From Lachnospiraceae bacterium (lineage in GTDB: Bacteria > Bacillota > Clostridia > Lachnospirales > Lachnospiraceae), in assembly GCA_015057825.1 (NCBI GenBank), contig SVDN01000002.1, forward strand, positions 16,044 through 80,043: a stretch of 64,000 bases of DNA, read 5' to 3'. The translations under genes and the position numbers were made by a program. Positions 1-10,629 of this stretch are shown here, piece by piece. The notes below the pieces were generated by a model. It saw only the letters and a program-made list of their open reading frames with translations. It was not told the origin of the DNA and searched no databases. Each line of letters begins with the position of its first letter. The first letter of the stretch is position 1.

Positions 1-915
1 CTTCAGTTACTTATCCAGTTACCTGTACTCTGGGCAGTATATTTGATTATCAGAAATATACCTTCATATGTAACAAAATTACAGGATTTATATCTCATTA
101 TTTATAATGGATTAACAACAAAAAATATAGATTTTATCTTAAGCAGAACCGTTAAAGCAGATAAAATAGCAGATTTATCGGATACAGACAGAATGCATAC
201 AGCTATTAATAATATGGCTGTTTTAAATGACAATCAATGGGAAGTTGTTGGAAAAGCTTTTGAAAACAACGGCGGCAGTCACGAAGTATTTACCGATACT
301 TTGAATCAGATTCATTCAGCAAATACATTCCTTGGAATGGATATGTCTCAATCAGCATGGTCTCTTATGAAAGCCGGAGTTATTTTTGCGGTAGCTCTTC
401 CTATTATTTCAGCTGTGGTTCAGTTCTTGAGTATGAGACTTTCAATGGCAAGAACACAGAAGCTTAAATCCGTTACACAGCAGGTTACCGCAAACCAGGC
501 AGATCCAATGCAGTCGTCAATGAAATCAATGAATTTCATTATGCCTATCTTCTCACTTTGGATTGGTTTTACTCTTCCATCCGGTGTTGCGCTTTATTGG
601 GCAATAGGTAGTGTGGTTCAGGTTATAATCCAGATTCTTGTTAACAGACATATGGATAAAATCGGACTTGATGCTATTATTAAGAAGAATCAGGAAAAAG
701 CTGAAAAGAAGAGAAAGAAAAAGAAAAATTACATTTCAGCGCAAACAGTTGCTCAAAATGCTCAGTTTAATACCAAAAAGCTTTCAAACGCAAATGCTCA
801 GGTTAAAAAAGCAAATGAAGCAGCAGATTCACGCGCCGGCAAAAAATTCAAAGAAGGCAGCCTTGCAGCTAAGGCAAATCTTGTAAATGAATTTAATGAA
901 AAGGGTAAAAAATAA
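1..915 (+). CDS. yidC: Membrane protein insertase YidC/SpoIIIJ family, 5' end outside window
   Basis: Frame 1 is open from base 1 (LQLLIQLPVLWAVY precedes tracked ORF 43..915). Hydrophobic segments (PIFSLWIGFTLPSGVALYWAIGSVV) and a lysine-rich tail. Lies upstream of jag-mnmE-mnmG. Confidence 0.8.
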   Translation, partial: LQLLIQLPVLWAVYLIIRNIPSYVTKLQDLYLIIYNGLTTKNIDFILSRTVKADKIADLSDTDRMHTAINNMAVLNDNQWEVVGKAFENNGGSHEVFTDTLNQIHSANTFLGMDMSQSAWSLMKAGVIFAVALPIISAVVQFLSMRLSMARTQKLKSVTQQVTANQADPMQSSMKSMNFIMPIFSLWIGFTLPSGVALYWAIGSVVQVIIQILVNRHMDKIGLDAIIKKNQEKAEKKRKKKKNYISAQTVAQNAQFNTKKLSNANAQVKKANEAADSRAGKKFKEGSLAAKANLVNEFNEKGKK

Positions 916-921
916 AAGGAG

Positions 922-1557
922 ATGAAAAGCATGGAGTTTAAAGAATTTACAGGTAAAACTGTAGATGATGCTATTACCGAAGCACTCATCAATTTAGAAA
1001 CAACCAGCGATAAAATAGAATACGAAGTCATTGAAAAAGGTAGTTCGGGTCTTTTGGGTATGTTTAACAAACCTGCAAAAATCAGAGCAAGAAAGAAAGC
1101 TTCAATGACAGACAATGTAAGAAAATTTATTGAAGATGTACTTTCATCTATGGGAATCAGCGCAGAGCTTGATATTAAATTTGATGAAATAGAAAAGTCT
1201 CTTGAAATAAACATGGAAGGTCCGGAAATGGGACTTCTCATCGGTAAAAGAGGACAAACACTTGATTCTTTACAGTATCTTGTAAGCTTGGTAGCAAACA
1301 AAGAATCCGAAGATTATATCAGAGTTAAGCTTGATACCGAAAATTACAGAGAAAGAAGAAAGAAAACTCTTGAAAACCTCGCTAAGAACATTGCATTCAA
1401 GGTTAAGAGAACAAAGAGATATGTTGCTTTAGAGCCAATGAATCCATATGAAAGAAGAATTATTCATTCATATCTTCAGAATGACAAATATGTTACAACA
1501 AGAAGCGAAGGTGAAGAACCTTACAGAAAAGTTATCATCAGCTTAAAGAAAAACTAG
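922..1557 (+). CDS. jag: Jag/KhpB RNA-binding protein (KH + R3H domains)
   Basis: C-terminal R3H-like LEPMNPYERRIIHSYLQ. Conserved position after yidC. The ATG at 931 has better AGGAG spacing and may be the true start. Confidence 0.85.
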   Translation: MKSMEFKEFTGKTVDDAITEALINLETTSDKIEYEVIEKGSSGLLGMFNKPAKIRARKKASMTDNVRKFIEDVLSSMGISAELDIKFDEIEKSLEINMEGPEMGLLIGKRGQTLDSLQYLVSLVANKESEDYIRVKLDTENYRERRKKTLENLAKNIAFKVKRTKRYVALEPMNPYERRIIHSYLQNDKYVTTRSEGEEPYRKVIISLKKN

Positions 1558-1564
1558 TTTTAAG

Positions 1565-1594
1565 ATACCTTGGACATTTGTTCAAGGTATTTTA
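1565..1594 (+). terminator. Hairpin after jag (ATACCTTG...CAAGGTAT + short T run)
   Basis: 8-bp perfect stem read directly, followed by TTT. Confidence 0.45.
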
Positions 1595-1671
1595 ATTAAC
1601 TTGACTTTGTAATAAATGGTTGTTAAAGTGTATGAGATATAAGTTGATTATTATGGTTAATGGTGATTTAA

Positions 1672-3051
1672 ATGGATAATACATCTACAATTGCAGCTAT
1701 ATCCACGGCTCTTAGCAATTCCGGTATAGGAATTGTAAGAATCAGCGGTGAAGATGCATTTGAAATTGCAAATAAAATATTCAAACCTTTTAATGAGACT
1801 CAAAAATTCACGGATTTTAAAAGTCATACCGTTCATTATGGCTTTGTTCATGATGGTGATAAAACAATTGATGAGTGCCTGGCCCTTTTTATGAGAGGAC
1901 CTCATACTTATACGAGAGAAGACGTAGTGGAAATAGACTGCCACGGCGGCGTTTTGGTTGTTAAAAAAATACTTGAAACGGTTTTAAAAGCGGGAGCAAG
2001 ACCGGCAGAACCGGGAGAATTCACAAAAAGAGCCTTTTTAAACGGACGAATTGATTTGTCTCAAGCGGAAGCGGTAATGGATATTATAAATGCCGAAAAT
2101 TCCTATGCCCTTGATTCTTCCGTAAAACAACTAAAAGGAGCGGTTTCCGATTCAATAAAAGAAATAAGAGCTATTTTGATTAACAGAATTGCTTATATTG
2201 AATCTGCCTTGGACGATCCGGAACATTACAGTTTGGAAGGATTTCCAAAGGAGTTGGCAGCGGATGTTAAATCCTCAAAAGAAAAAATAAGCGGACTGCT
2301 TTCAACGGCAGATAACGGAAGAATCATAAAAGAAGGAATAAAAACCGTTATTCTTGGCAAACCAAATGTGGGTAAGTCTTCTTTACTTAACAATCTCTTG
2401 GGAGAAGAAAGAGCTATAGTTACGGATATTGCCGGTACAACCAGAGATGCTTTGGAGGAGACCCTTAAACTTAATGATGTTTTGTTAAACATTATTGATA
2501 CAGCCGGAATCAGAAATACGGATGATTTGGTAGAAAAAATCGGTGTCGAAAAAGCCAAAGCTTATGCAGATGAAGCTGATTTGATTATTTTTGTCGTGGA
2601 TTCATCCAAACCTCTGGATGAAAACGATGCGGACATAATCAACATTGTAAAAGATAAAAAAGTAATAAGTCTTCTAAATAAGAGCGATCTTGAAAGTGTT
2701 GTTAACAAAGAAGACTTGGAAAGATTGCTTGATGGCCCGGTTATTAATATTTCAGCCTTGGAAAATACGGGTATTGAGGAATTAAGCAATGAAATTAAAA
2801 AGATGTTTTATGAGAATAAAATATCTTACAATAATCAAATATATATTACGAATGCAAGACATAAAGCCTTGTTATCCGATTCTTTGGAAAGTTTGAGATT
2901 GGTTGAAAAAAGTATTGAAGATAATATGCCGGAAGACTTCTTTTCAATCGACCTTATGAATGCATATGAATCTTTGGGTCTTATTATAGGTGAGGCCGTT
3001 GAAGACGATTTGGTTGAAGAAATATTCAGTAAGTTTTGTATGGGAAAATAA
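1672..3051 (+). CDS. mnmE: tRNA modification GTPase MnmE
   Basis: G-domain motifs GKPNVGKSS, DTAGIR, NKSD. C-terminal FCMGK (CxGK) tail. 459 aa, typical length. Confidence 0.95.
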   Translation: MDNTSTIAAISTALSNSGIGIVRISGEDAFEIANKIFKPFNETQKFTDFKSHTVHYGFVHDGDKTIDECLALFMRGPHTYTREDVVEIDCHGGVLVVKKILETVLKAGARPAEPGEFTKRAFLNGRIDLSQAEAVMDIINAENSYALDSSVKQLKGAVSDSIKEIRAILINRIAYIESALDDPEHYSLEGFPKELAADVKSSKEKISGLLSTADNGRIIKEGIKTVILGKPNVGKSSLLNNLLGEERAIVTDIAGTTRDALEETLKLNDVLLNIIDTAGIRNTDDLVEKIGVEKAKAYADEADLIIFVVDSSKPLDENDADIINIVKDKKVISLLNKSDLESVVNKEDLERLLDGPVINISALENTGIEELSNEIKKMFYENKISYNNQIYITNARHKALLSDSLESLRLVEKSIEDNMPEDFFSIDLMNAYESLGLIIGEAVEDDLVEEIFSKFCMGK

Positions 3052-3070
3052 TTTCCCGAAAGGATAGAAA

Positions 3071-4954
3071 ATGCCATATTTAGAAGAAAATTACGATATA
3101 GTGGTTGTTGGTGCCGGACATGCCGGATGTGAGGCTGCTTTGGCCTGTGCCAGAATGGGTCTTAATACGATAATGTTTACTGTCAGCATTGACAGTGTTG
3201 CTTTGATGCCTTGTAATCCGAATATAGGTGGAAGTTCAAAAGGTCATTTGGTAAGGGAAATCGATGCACTTGGCGGCGAAATGGCAAAAAACATCGATAA
3301 AACCTTTATTCAGTCAAAGATGCTTAATCTTTCAAAAGGCCCTGCGGTACATTCTCTACGTGCGCAAGCCGACAAACAAGATTACAGTCGAGAAATGAGA
3401 AAGACTTTGGAAAATACCGAAAATCTTACCCTCAGACAGGGAGAGGTTTCCGAACTTATTATTGAAAATAATATTGTTAAAGGAGTTAAAACTTTCTCAG
3501 GTGCCAGATATTTTGCAAAGGCTGTCGTTTTATGCACCGGAACATATCTTAAAGCAAGATGTATTTACGGTGATGTAAGCAATCCGACGGGACCGAACGG
3601 ATTACAGGCGGCAAATCATCTTACAGATTCCTTGATAAATAATGATGTTGAGATGTTTAGGTTTAAAACCGGAACTCCGGCCCGTGTAGATAAAAGGTCT
3701 ATTGATTTTTCAAAAATGGAAGAGCAAAAAGGTGATGAAAGAATCGTACCTTTCTCGTTTACAACAAATCCGAATGATATCCAAAAAGAACAGGTTTCAT
3801 GTTGGCTTACTTATACAAATGAAGAAACTCACAAAATAATAAGAGAAAATATTAACAGATCACCTTTATTTTCCGGAATGATAGAAGGAACCGGTCCGAG
3901 ATATTGTCCTTCAATCGAAGATAAAGTTGTAAAATTCGCAGAGAAGAACAGACATCATGTTTTTATCGAGCCTGAAGGAAATTATACAAATGAAATGTAT
4001 CTTGGGGGTATGTCATCATCTCTTCCTGAAGATGTTCAATATGCAATGTATAAAACCGTTCCGGGACTTGAAAATGTTAAAATAGTAAGAAACGCATATG
4101 CCATTGAATATGATTGCATTAATCCGAGACAGTTAAAGGCTACGCTGGAGTTTAAAAATATTGAAGGCTTATTCAGTGCGGGCCAATTTAACGGCAGTTC
4201 GGGTTATGAGGAAGCGGCGGCGCAAGGTATCATAGCCGGCATTAATGCATCAAGATTTGTTCAGGGAAAGGATCAAATAATAATAGACAGATCACAAGGA
4301 TATATCGGTGTGTTAATAGATGACTTGGTAACAAAAGAAAACAAAGAACCATATCGAATGATGACAAGTCGTGCCGAATACAGACTTTTGCTCAGACAGG
4401 ATAATGCGGATTTGAGATTAAGCGCAATCGGTCACGAAGTGGGTCTCATTGATGATGACAGATATAATTATGTTGTCGAAAAAGAACGCCTTATAAACGA
4501 AGAAATCGAAAGATTGGAAAGTATAAGCGTCGGCGCATCAAAAGAAGTTCAGGATATTTTGAAAAAATGTGGAAGTGCTCCTCTGGGAACAGCCGTAACA
4601 TTGGCAGAACTGATAAGACGTCCGGAATTAAATTATGACTTGATATCCGAGCTTGATCCGGACAGAAAAGAACTTCCGGCAGACGTTATCGAACAGGTAA
4701 ATATAAATATCAAATACGAAGGATATATCAAGAGACAGAAAAAACAGGTAGAATCCTTTAAAAAAATCGAGAGTAAAAAACTTCCTCTTGATATCGATTA
4801 TAATACTATTTCGGGTCTTCGTCTCGAAGCGCAGCAAAAACTTAATTTGTTTAAGCCTGCATCCATTGGCCAAGCATCCCGTATAAGCGGTGTCACACCT
4901 GCTGATGTATCGGTACTTTTAATCTATTTGGAGTCAAGAAAGGAAAAAGCATAG
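3071..4954 (+). CDS. mnmG: tRNA uridine 5-carboxymethylaminomethyl modification enzyme MnmG (GidA)
   Basis: N-terminal FAD motif [15 protein letters not shown]. 627 aa. Follows mnmE. Confidence 0.95.
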   Translation: MPYLEENYDIVVVGAGHAGCEAALACARMGLNTIMFTVSIDSVALMPCNPNIGGSSKGHLVREIDALGGEMAKNIDKTFIQSKMLNLSKGPAVHSLRAQADKQDYSREMRKTLENTENLTLRQGEVSELIIENNIVKGVKTFSGARYFAKAVVLCTGTYLKARCIYGDVSNPTGPNGLQAANHLTDSLINNDVEMFRFKTGTPARVDKRSIDFSKMEEQKGDERIVPFSFTTNPNDIQKEQVSCWLTYTNEETHKIIRENINRSPLFSGMIEGTGPRYCPSIEDKVVKFAEKNRHHVFIEPEGNYTNEMYLGGMSSSLPEDVQYAMYKTVPGLENVKIVRNAYAIEYDCINPRQLKATLEFKNIEGLFSAGQFNGSSGYEEAAAQGIIAGINASRFVQGKDQIIIDRSQGYIGVLIDDLVTKENKEPYRMMTSRAEYRLLLRQDNADLRLSAIGHEVGLIDDDRYNYVVEKERLINEEIERLESISVGASKEVQDILKKCGSAPLGTAVTLAELIRRPELNYDLISELDPDRKELPADVIEQVNINIKYEGYIKRQKKQVESFKKIESKKLPLDIDYNTISGLRLEAQQKLNLFKPASIGQASRISGVTPADVSVLLIYLESRKEKA

Positions 4955-4956
4955 AA

Positions 4957-5673
4957 TTGAAATACAATTTGGATAGTTTTAAAAAAGGATGCGAAGCTCT
5001 TGATTTAAAATTAACGGATAAGCAATATGAAAATTTTATAAGATACTATGAAATGCTTATAGAAAAAAATAAAGTAATGAACCTTACTGCCATTACCGAT
5101 TTTGATGAAGTGTTCAATAAACACTTTTTGGACAGCCTTGCTATCAATAAGGTATATGATATAAGTAAAGTTCAAAGCTTGATTGATATCGGAAGCGGGG
5201 CAGGATTTCCGGGTCTTCCCATTAAGATTGCTTTTCCTCATATAAGAGTTGTGTTACTTGATTCTTTAAATAAAAGAATTGATTTTCTTAAAACTGTTAT
5301 TGATGAACTTGGCCTTACAAATATAGAATGTGTTCATGGAAGGGCAGAAGATTTTGCTCGTGATGAATCATTCAGAGAAAAATTTGATTTGTCTCTATCA
5401 AGGGCTGTTGCCAACTTAAGAGTTTTACTTGAATATGATGTTCCTTTTGTAAAAGTCGGAGGGAATTTTGTTTCATATAAGGCAGCGGATGTGCAAGCGG
5501 AAATCGAAGAGAGTAAAAACGCCATGAATGAAATGGGCGTATCTTTGATTGAAAAAGAATTGTTGATTCCCGGAACGGAGTTAAAGAGGAAATTCTTGAT
5601 ATTTAATAAGACTAAGAACACAAATGAAAAGTATCCCAGAAAAGCGGGTGTACCACAGAAAAAACCTTTGTAA
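4957..5673 (+). CDS. rsmG: 16S rRNA (guanine527-N7)-methyltransferase RsmG
   Basis: SAM-binding DIGSGAGFPGLPIKI. TTG start. Conserved order mnmG-rsmG. Confidence 0.9.
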   Translation: MKYNLDSFKKGCEALDLKLTDKQYENFIRYYEMLIEKNKVMNLTAITDFDEVFNKHFLDSLAINKVYDISKVQSLIDIGSGAGFPGLPIKIAFPHIRVVLLDSLNKRIDFLKTVIDELGLTNIECVHGRAEDFARDESFREKFDLSLSRAVANLRVLLEYDVPFVKVGGNFVSYKAADVQAEIEESKNAMNEMGVSLIEKELLIPGTELKRKFLIFNKTKNTNEKYPRKAGVPQKKPL

Positions 5674-5706
5674 TTTAAATCTAAAATTCTGAGTATAAAA
5701 AAAGAA

Positions 5707-5722
5707 TGTTTCACGTGAAACA
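5707..5722. promoter_or_regulatory. parS: parS site (ParB/Spo0J binding), embedded in a bidirectional terminator-like hairpin
   Basis: Exact TGTTTCACGTGAAACA, matching the Firmicute parS consensus TGTTNCACGTGAAACA. Flanked by A and T runs (aaaaaagaa...ttcttttttt). Confidence 0.8.
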
Positions 5723-5744
5723 TTCTTTTTTTGCTTTTGATATT

Positions 5745-6515
5745 TTATAATAAATCTTTAATTTCCTCGGCAAGATGATACATACTTTCGTAATCATCGA
5801 TGGTAGCTGTATCAACCGTTAATTCGCTGATGGTTTTGGTTGTTGTTGTGTTTAAAAATCCTGCAATCTTGCTTGCGAGAAAATATTTACCATCTTTGGC
5901 AAAAGGTAATCCGGTAAGGAGACAATACATGTTGTAAGCAAAAGTTCCGTATACCGGAATGAATATTGCTTTTCTTAATATATCTCTGAGCCTTGAAATG
6001 TTTTTAACGCCGATTTCTTTTTTATAATCAGGCTCAACCAAAACAAGTTTTTTAAAGTTAGCTTCTTCCAATGTAGATGCCATCATAGTAATGGCTGCGG
6101 AAGTTTTTAAAGAAACAACAACACAAGATTCTTTAATAACATCTTTAATAAAGTCGTTAATCAATTGAACATAAAGATAATTGGTATATATAATAGGAGG
6201 TCTTTCGGAAACTCCGCAACCTATTAAATCTATATTGTAGACTGTATAATTTTTTTCCAACTCATCTTGTAAGTCTTTAAGTGAATCGGATGATTGATCG
6301 TGAAGCAAATCATGTATCAATAAAATAGGCATGCCGGAACCGGACTTGGAATATGATATATCACCATGTTTCCATTTGTAAGTTTTTTCCGGCAATTTTA
6401 ACTTGCTTTTAAACCTGTATTCCAGAAAAAGATTAATACCACCAAATAAAACGATTGTAAATATAAAGAATTTAATTAATTTTTTTAATGCTCTCATTGC
6501 TCTTCTCCTTAGCAA
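5745..6515 (-). CDS. Membrane-anchored protein, weak alpha/beta-hydrolase-fold resemblance
   Basis: N-terminal TM helix (FIFTIVLFGGINLF), then PILLIHDLLHD. No clean GxSxG nucleophile elbow seen. Confidence 0.45.
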   Translation of the reverse strand: MLRRRAMRALKKLIKFFIFTIVLFGGINLFLEYRFKSKLKLPEKTYKWKHGDISYSKSGSGMPILLIHDLLHDQSSDSLKDLQDELEKNYTVYNIDLIGCGVSERPPIIYTNYLYVQLINDFIKDVIKESCVVVSLKTSAAITMMASTLEEANFKKLVLVEPDYKKEIGVKNISRLRDILRKAIFIPVYGTFAYNMYCLLTGLPFAKDGKYFLASKIAGFLNTTTTKTISELTVDTATIDDYESMYHLAEEIKDLL

Positions 6516-6651
6516 ATTCTTTAATTAATTATATATCATAGGAAAAAAATAGTAAAGTGAACTTTAAAATGTTCATTATATAAATTCCAATTTTAAATTT
6601 TTCGTGGTATAATCTTTTCTAGACATGAACGAGAAAGTTTTGGAGGTTTAA

Positions 6652-7293
6652 ATGAAAGTCAATTTGGCAACAGCCTTTGTTCAGCCAATCACTCTATTCG
6701 GCTTGGAATGTATGTTTTCCGACATGCCGAATTATCAGCTCGTCAAGGAAGTATATCGTTTTGAGGAACTTGTAGATTTGTCAAAATCCACGGAAGTAGA
6801 TGTCATTATCGTTGATGTGGACGGTATGGATGTTGAAATGGTGGAAGCGGCTCGCAAACTTAAGAGTGATGCAAGAAAGGCCAGGATTCTTTTCTTTGCT
6901 TCAAATAAAAGTATAGATCAGCTTACCTGGATTTTGGACTATGGTATTGAAGGTTATTTATTAAAGGCATCAGAATTAATACAGATAAAGAAAGCAATCG
7001 ATACGCTTTATAATAACGGAAATCACATCGAGCCGTCACTTATACCGGCGTTAAACAAAGCTTTACTTGATCGCTCGAAACAGCAAAGCGCAGTCAGAAA
7101 TCTCACCAGAAGAGAAATGGAAGTGCTTAAGCTTGTTGCGCTCGGAAGCTTCAATAAAGAAATTGCGGATCGTTTAAATATCAGCGAGAGAACAGTTAAA
7201 AATCACGTCTCAAACATATTTAAAAAGATAAAAGTATCCGATAGAACGCAGGCAGCTGTTTTTGCAATCAAAAATGGAATAATAAACATATAA
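6652..7293 (+). CDS. LuxR/FixJ-family response-regulator-like transcription factor
   Basis: Receiver-like N-terminus (VDVIIVDVDGMD). C-terminal LuxR HTH LTRREMEVLKLVALGSFNKEIADRLNISERTVKNHVSNIFKKI. Confidence 0.8.
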   Translation: MKVNLATAFVQPITLFGLECMFSDMPNYQLVKEVYRFEELVDLSKSTEVDVIIVDVDGMDVEMVEAARKLKSDARKARILFFASNKSIDQLTWILDYGIEGYLLKASELIQIKKAIDTLYNNGNHIEPSLIPALNKALLDRSKQQSAVRNLTRREMEVLKLVALGSFNKEIADRLNISERTVKNHVSNIFKKIKVSDRTQAAVFAIKNGIINI

Positions 7294-7309
7294 TGTTTCA
7301 CGTGAAACA
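7294..7309. promoter_or_regulatory. parS: parS site immediately upstream of parA
   Basis: Second exact TGTTTCACGTGAAACA, 17 bp before the parA start. Confidence 0.8.
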
Positions 7310-7326
7310 TTTCAGAAAGGGAATAG

Positions 7327-8130
7327 ATGAGTAGAATAATAGCAGTGGCCAATCAGAAAGGCGGGGTTGGCAAAACGACAACAGCAATCAATTTAGCAGC
7401 GTGCCTGGGTGAAAAAGGCAGATCTGTTCTTATGATAGATGCCGATCCACAGGGAAATGCAACAAGCGGATTGGGACTTAACAAAAACGACTTGGAAAAT
7501 ACAGTTTACGATTTATTCATCAGCGACAAATCCGCGGAAGAATGTATCGTGAAGGACGTAATTAAAAATGTAGACGTATTGGCCTCCAACGTAAATCTTG
7601 CGGGAGCGGAGTTGGAGCTCATCGGATATGAAAAAAGAGAGTTTATATTAAAAGAAAAAATAGAAGAAATAAAAGACAACTACGAATATATTATTATTGA
7701 CTGCCCACCGTCCTTAAACGTATTAACGGTTAACGCCATGGTGGCGGCAACTTCGGTGCTGGTACCTATTCAATGCGAGTATTACGCGCTTGAGGGACTC
7801 AGTCAGTTGGTACACACAATCAATTTGGTAAAACAAAGAATCAATCCGAAGTTGGATATCGAAGGCGTTGTTTTTACAATGTACGATGCAAGAACAAATC
7901 TTTCCTTGGAAGTGGTTGAAAACGTAAAAAACAATCTTAAGCAAAATATTTACAAAACAATCATTCCGAGAAATGTAAAACTTGCGGAAGCGCCAAGTCA
8001 CGGATTACCTATATGCAGTTACGATCCGAAATCGGCGGGGGCGGAGAGTTACAGATTACTTGCCGAAGAAGTTATTAACAAGGCAGAACTTATAGAAGTA
8101 AAAGAAATCAAGGAAAGGAAAAGAAAATAA
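7327..8130 (+). CDS. parA: Chromosome partitioning ATPase ParA/Soj
   Basis: Deviant Walker A NQKGGVGKTTTAINLA. DCPPSL. 267 aa. Overlaps the parB start. Confidence 0.95.
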   Translation: MSRIIAVANQKGGVGKTTTAINLAACLGEKGRSVLMIDADPQGNATSGLGLNKNDLENTVYDLFISDKSAEECIVKDVIKNVDVLASNVNLAGAELELIGYEKREFILKEKIEEIKDNYEYIIIDCPPSLNVLTVNAMVAATSVLVPIQCEYYALEGLSQLVHTINLVKQRINPKLDIEGVVFTMYDARTNLSLEVVENVKNNLKQNIYKTIIPRNVKLAEAPSHGLPICSYDPKSAGAESYRLLAEEVINKAELIEVKEIKERKRK

Positions 8131-9017
8131 TGGCAAAAGCGAAAAAAAGCGGTCTCGGAAAAGGTCTTGATTCTCTTATCCCTGACTCTTTGGGAATAGA
8201 ACACAGTGCGGAAGTTAAACATGAGCCAATCATGATTAAAATAATAGAAATAGAACCAAATAAAAGCCAGCCAAGAAGAGAGTTCGATGAAGAAGAACTC
8301 GAAAAACTTGCGGACTCCATCACACAGCATGGAATCATTCAACCGATTCTGGTTCAAAAAAGAGATGACTATTATGAAATAATTGCCGGCGAGCGCAGAT
8401 GGCGTGCGGCTAAAAAAATCGGACTCAAAGAAGTCCCTGCATTAGTCAGAGAATATTCGGAACAAGAGCTTTATGAAATTGCTCTCATTGAAAATCTTCA
8501 AAGAAAGGATCTTAATCCGATTGAAGAAGCCCAGGCATACAAGCATCTTATTGATGAATACAATTTAACGCAGGAAGAAGTTGCAAAGCGTGTTTCAAAA
8601 AGTCGTGCAAATATTACAAACATGCTCAGACTTTTAAAACTCAGCGATGAAGTGCAAGAACTTGTTTCCGGTGGAAAAATCTCCTACGGACATGCAAGAG
8701 CTTTGCTTGGTATTTCGGATAAGAAAACACAGGCAGATCTTGCAAAAAGAATTGTGGATAAGCAATTAAGCGTTAGAGAAACAGAGCAACTTGCAAAGAA
8801 AGTTGTGGATGAAAAGAAAAAGAACAAGCCTAAGAAAAAAGCGGAAAAAAGTTTTGTATATAAAGATATTGAAGAGAAAATCACGGAACGCATGGGTACC
8901 AAGGTTGTTATTAACGAAAAAGAACCGGGCAAAGGCAAACTTGAGATTGAATATTATTCAGCCGAGGAACTTGAACGTATTTATGATTTACTCATGAGCG
9001 TATCACAAACTTTATAA
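8130..9017 (+). CDS. parB: Chromosome partitioning protein ParB/Spo0J
   Basis: ParB box IIAGERRWRAA. HTH region LTQEEVAKRVSKSRANITN. IENLQRKDLNPIEEA. Confidence 0.95.
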   Translation: MAKAKKSGLGKGLDSLIPDSLGIEHSAEVKHEPIMIKIIEIEPNKSQPRREFDEEELEKLADSITQHGIIQPILVQKRDDYYEIIAGERRWRAAKKIGLKEVPALVREYSEQELYEIALIENLQRKDLNPIEEAQAYKHLIDEYNLTQEEVAKRVSKSRANITNMLRLLKLSDEVQELVSGGKISYGHARALLGISDKKTQADLAKRIVDKQLSVRETEQLAKKVVDEKKKNKPKKKAEKSFVYKDIEEKITERMGTKVVINEKEPGKGKLEIEYYSAEELERIYDLLMSVSQTL

Positions 9018-9028
9018 GGAGATTTTAA

Positions 9029-9538
9029 ATGGAAAGTCAGATTTTATCAGCTATCGGATTGGATTCAATCGATCCGGCAATATGGATTATAGGTCTTCTT
9101 GCTCTTGTAATCGTTTTGCTTATAGTTATTATAGTTGCATTCGGAAAAATCAAAAAAGTCAATGCAAGATGCGATAATCTTTTGAGAGGTAAGACCGGGG
9201 AAAGTTTAGAGGGAATATTAACAAAACGTTTTGATATAATCGATAAACTTGAAGAAGAAGATGCCGTTAAAACATCTTCCATAGATACAATCAACAAAAA
9301 GCTTATCGGATCATTTCAGAAATACGGAATCAGAAAATATGATGCATTCAGTGAAATGGGCGGAAAATTAAGCTTTGCCCTTTGTCTTTTAAATGAAAAA
9401 GATTGTGGTTTTATAATCAATGCAATGCATAGCAGGGAAGGAAGCTATACCTATATTAAAGAAATAAAAAACGGAGTGTCACAAATTGCACTCAGTGAGG
9501 AAGAGGAAAAGGCATTAAGCAGAGCTCTTTCAATGTAA
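9029..9538 (+). CDS. Small membrane-anchored protein, DUF4446-like (from memory of the gene usually following parB in Clostridia)
   Basis: N-terminal TM helix, 169 aa, conserved position after parB. Family assignment not verified. Confidence 0.5.
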   Translation: MESQILSAIGLDSIDPAIWIIGLLALVIVLLIVIIVAFGKIKKVNARCDNLLRGKTGESLEGILTKRFDIIDKLEEEDAVKTSSIDTINKKLIGSFQKYGIRKYDAFSEMGGKLSFALCLLNEKDCGFIINAMHSREGSYTYIKEIKNGVSQIALSEEEEKALSRALSM

Positions 9539-9559
9539 AATAAATAATGAGGAAGAAGT

Positions 9560-10615
9560 ATGAATTGTAAGAAAACAACAGAACTTCAAGGCAATGAATA
9601 TTTAACAAAACAAGTAATAAGCAGCAGTGGGGAACTGCTTATGTCAGAAGGTACGGTTCTAAAACCCGAGTATATTAAGAAACTTATACAACACGGCATA
9701 GAATATGTAATTGTTGAAGAAAACTATGAAAAGAAGCGCAAAGCGAAGGAGATGCGTATACATTTTGAGAAGGATATCAAGGCAAATGTGCAGGATATCT
9801 TGGAACAGCATGTGTACGGAAATGCAAAAGAATTGTCACAGCTTTGCAATGTTGCGCAAGAATTAATGGATGATGTCATTCAAGATGATAATTTGGCCGC
9901 GGAAATAGCTGAGATTAAAGAGCATTCCGCCGACATATATTCACATTCCTTAAATGTTAGTTTTTTAGCTACGCTTCTTGCTTCAAAAGCGGGATACGAT
10001 AAACAGACCGTTAAGGAAGTTGCAACGGGAGCTCTTTTGCACGATGTTGGACTTCGTTACGTAACGGCGGATTATACAAGTGTGGAATTAACCGATGAAA
10101 AATCAAAGGATGCCGCAGAAATTCGTCAGCACGTAATATTCGGTTATGAAGTACTTGAAAAAGAAAAATGGCTTTCGGATCTTGCAAAAGAAATTGTTCT
10201 TTGCCATCACGAAAGGTTGGACGGTAAAGGATTTCCGTTTAAATATGAAGGAGCCCAAGTAAGAAAAACAACACAAATAGTTGTGGTTTGCGATTTATTT
10301 GATAGATTGATATGCGGTATGGGTTGCAAGAAAAGGTCCAAAGGTCAGGCGGCAAAGGAAATAGAAGAAGGAATCGGAACAATTTGCGAAGAAGATATAA
10401 TCAATCTTTTCTTTAATTTTATTGCCATTTATCCTGTGGGTTGCGAAGTTAAGTTAAGCAGCGGCGAAAGAGCGGTTGTTCAAAGGCAAAACCCGGGCGA
10501 AGCAAAATATCCGGTTTTGATGGTAAGAACAGACAATAAAGGAAAAGCTGTTAATCCATACAGCATGGATTTAAGAGATAATAAAAATATTAAAATAGAA
10601 GAACTTATAGGTTAG
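9560..10615 (+). CDS. HD-GYP domain protein (putative c-di-GMP phosphodiesterase)
   Basis: HD motif LLHDVG and HHERLDGKGFP (HD-GYP signature). Confidence 0.8.
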   Translation: MNCKKTTELQGNEYLTKQVISSSGELLMSEGTVLKPEYIKKLIQHGIEYVIVEENYEKKRKAKEMRIHFEKDIKANVQDILEQHVYGNAKELSQLCNVAQELMDDVIQDDNLAAEIAEIKEHSADIYSHSLNVSFLATLLASKAGYDKQTVKEVATGALLHDVGLRYVTADYTSVELTDEKSKDAAEIRQHVIFGYEVLEKEKWLSDLAKEIVLCHHERLDGKGFPFKYEGAQVRKTTQIVVVCDLFDRLICGMGCKKRSKGQAAKEIEEGIGTICEEDIINLFFNFIAIYPVGCEVKLSSGERAVVQRQNPGEAKYPVLMVRTDNKGKAVNPYSMDLRDNKNIKIEELIG

Positions 10616-10629
10616 CGGAGGAATAAAAA

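Noticed and set aside
798-1301. Long antisense ORFs opposite housekeeping genes (for example 798..1301, 2226..2558, 5334..5723, 8049..8357, 11185..11565)
   Set aside because: They are shadow ORFs on the strand opposite genes with clear conserved motifs. They are Ser/Leu/Phe-rich low-complexity translations.
5701-5730. Pure intrinsic terminator interpretation of the ATGTTTCACGTGAAACAT hairpin
   Set aside because: Not rejected as a terminator. However, the exact same 16-mer recurs at 7294 without flanking A/T runs and equals the parS consensus, so the primary call is parS.
10616-10629. T-box leader upstream of serS
   Set aside because: Only 14 nt separate the HD-GYP stop from the serS start. 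There is no room for a T-box riboswitch, and none was seen within the upstream coding region.
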